NCBI RefSeq assembly: GCF_001194135.2
Contig: NC_068981.1
Coordinates: forward strand, 85,546,652 to 85,601,715
Source of the DNA: Octopus bimaculoides
Lineage: Eukaryota
DNA: 55,064 bases
Reading direction: 5' to 3'
The notes below the pieces were generated by a model. That model had not been told where the DNA came from, made no database searches, and saw only the letters and a list, made by a program, of their open reading frames with translations. Positions 53,239 to 55,064 of this stretch are shown here, in pieces. The stretch's first letter is position 1. Every line of letters begins with the position of its first letter. The translations under genes and the position numbers were made by a program.

Positions 53239-54812
53239 CTGTCTTTGAAAATGTCAAGAGAAACACTAGGTAGACAACACCATCTGCGTTTTGAACATGG
53301 TGGCATTAAAGTTGGACACAGAGCCGTGTAAAATGGAGATGTTATCACATCCCCACATTACTTGATTTCAATGCTATGTATAGGAAACAAATAGAAAAAT
53401 TTATTGTAGTAATTTCCAGCGTCAACATTAAACACACAGAAAAATTAATCTATTAATTAAAACTTGTAAATTAAGCACAAGGCCAAATCTTTTTGTGAAA
53501 GGGATGGAAGAATTGATTACATTGACCCAGTATTTGACTAGTATGTATTGATCCCAAGAGGATAACAGGCAAAGCTGCCAACGATTGGATTTGAAATCAG
53601 AATGTGTAGAGGGATGAATATAAATATGGCAGAGCATTTTGTCAGATGCTGTACCAATTCCACCAATCTACTTTGAATACTTCATACAAAATCCAACAAC
53701 AGATTTCTGCATCAAAGAATATAGCTTCCAGCAGCATTAAATATGAAAACAATTAAAAATATAAAACAACGTAAATTTATAAAATGTTTTTTATCAATTT
53801 CTTTTTCTTTTTTTATGTTCTTCAAAAATAATCTCAGTGAACACTGAACTCAAAACACTTAATTCTCATTCACACAAAATTTCATTTCCTTTCAGTCATA
53901 AAATAAATGGGACATATATATTTGAAGCATTTTTGTTTTGCTTATCTGTTTTTGTTTCTTGTTTGTTTGTTTGTATGTTTGTTTAGTTGTGTTTGGGGTA
54001 TCTGAATTCTTAAATAATATATTTAATTTTTCTCTATTTTATCATAAAAAAAAAATAAAATGAAAGTCACCAGTTTGTTCATGTGGAACTCCTTGCTAAG
54101 GGATGGATGAACATAGTCACCGAAAGTTATTTCAGTAGAAAAATACCCTACAGAAATCCTGAAAGTTAATGTCACAAAAAAATCTCATAAGTACAACTTA
54201 TGAGATTTTAAAAGAGAGCTTGATTATAGAGATTTAAAGAGAAAAAAAATAACAGAACTGTTGTTATGCATCACTTATTTTTGTAAAATAGGCTGCAATG
54301 TTCAAAAAGGTATCTCCAAAATGCGTAGAAAGTCAAATACAGGATTTTTTTTCAAAATGGTTGTTATTTCATTTCAGCAACTGTAAGGCTGTGTACTGTT
54401 TCTTACACGAGTTTAATTAAAATTCATCATGTTTCTGAAAATTAAAATAAAAAAAAAACATATTCAGTAATCAAAAACACAAAAATATAGTGTTTGGTTG
54501 TTGTCTGCCATACTCCTCCCATCCTTTCCTCCTACTTACCATTCCTTATCCCTCTACTCACTCTTTCTTCTTTCATTTCTTAGTTTTAGGGGCCACATGA
54601 GGCCCTTAGCCTTGCAAGCTATAAAGCAATCTTCACCAATGCAGGTGCCACACAAAGAGCATTGGGAAGGAAATCCAACAACAGAAACCATACAAAAGTA
54701 TATATTGAAGCATGATACAGTCCAACTTGTCAAACCATCCAACTCAAGCCAGCATGGAAGATGATGATAAGTTCAACTACAGTCATAGCTACCTTGCATA
54801 CATTACTAACAC

Positions 54813-55064
54813 CATCATCATCATCATCATCATCGTTTAACGTCCGCTTTCCATGCTAGCATGGGTTGGACGATTTGACTGAGGACTGGTGAAACCGGAT
54901 GGCAACACCAGGCTCCAGTCTGATTTGGCAGAGTTTCTACAGCTGGATGCCCTTCCTAACGCCAACCACTCAGAGAGTGTAGTGGGTGCTTTTACGTGTC
55001 ACCCGCACGAAAACGGCCACGCTCGAAATGGTGTCTTTTATGTGCCACCCGCACAAGCCAGTCC
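54813..55064 (-). mobile_element. Young copy of the RTE-tailed retroposon, running off the window end
   Basis: About 4 differences from 16445-16597 over about 150 nt. Confidence 0.75.

Overview
AT-rich (animal, probably cephalopod/Octopus-like, inferred from the repeat families) genomic scaffold with 5 N-gaps, dense microsatellites and retroposon relics. Three spliced genes can be rebuilt from GT-AG sites and continuous reading frame: (1) the last three exons of a two-EF-hand protein on + (71-6149, LRRC74-like C-terminus); (2) a complete 6-exon NDUFS8 on - (30385-19314, 208 aa); (3) a complete 16-exon DDX52/ROK1 DEAD-box helicase on + (30872-51308, 591 aa), head-to-head with NDUFS8 across 486 bp. 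Possible exons of a fourth, convergent gene lie near 53.0-53.2 kb. Mobile DNA includes a full-length dead mariner, RTE and RLE-type LINE fragments, Penelope-like ends, a piggyBac-type MITE and many tRNA-derived SINEs. The main unexplained signals are: a ~345-bp tandem repeat family whose three degenerate copies jointly reconstruct a type I hammerhead ribozyme (retrozyme-like); two further minimal hammerhead-like motifs; a SINE insertion whose target-site duplication copied the DDX52 exon-2 splice donor; and two long near-perfect hairpins. All coordinates were counted by hand and no database searches were run.
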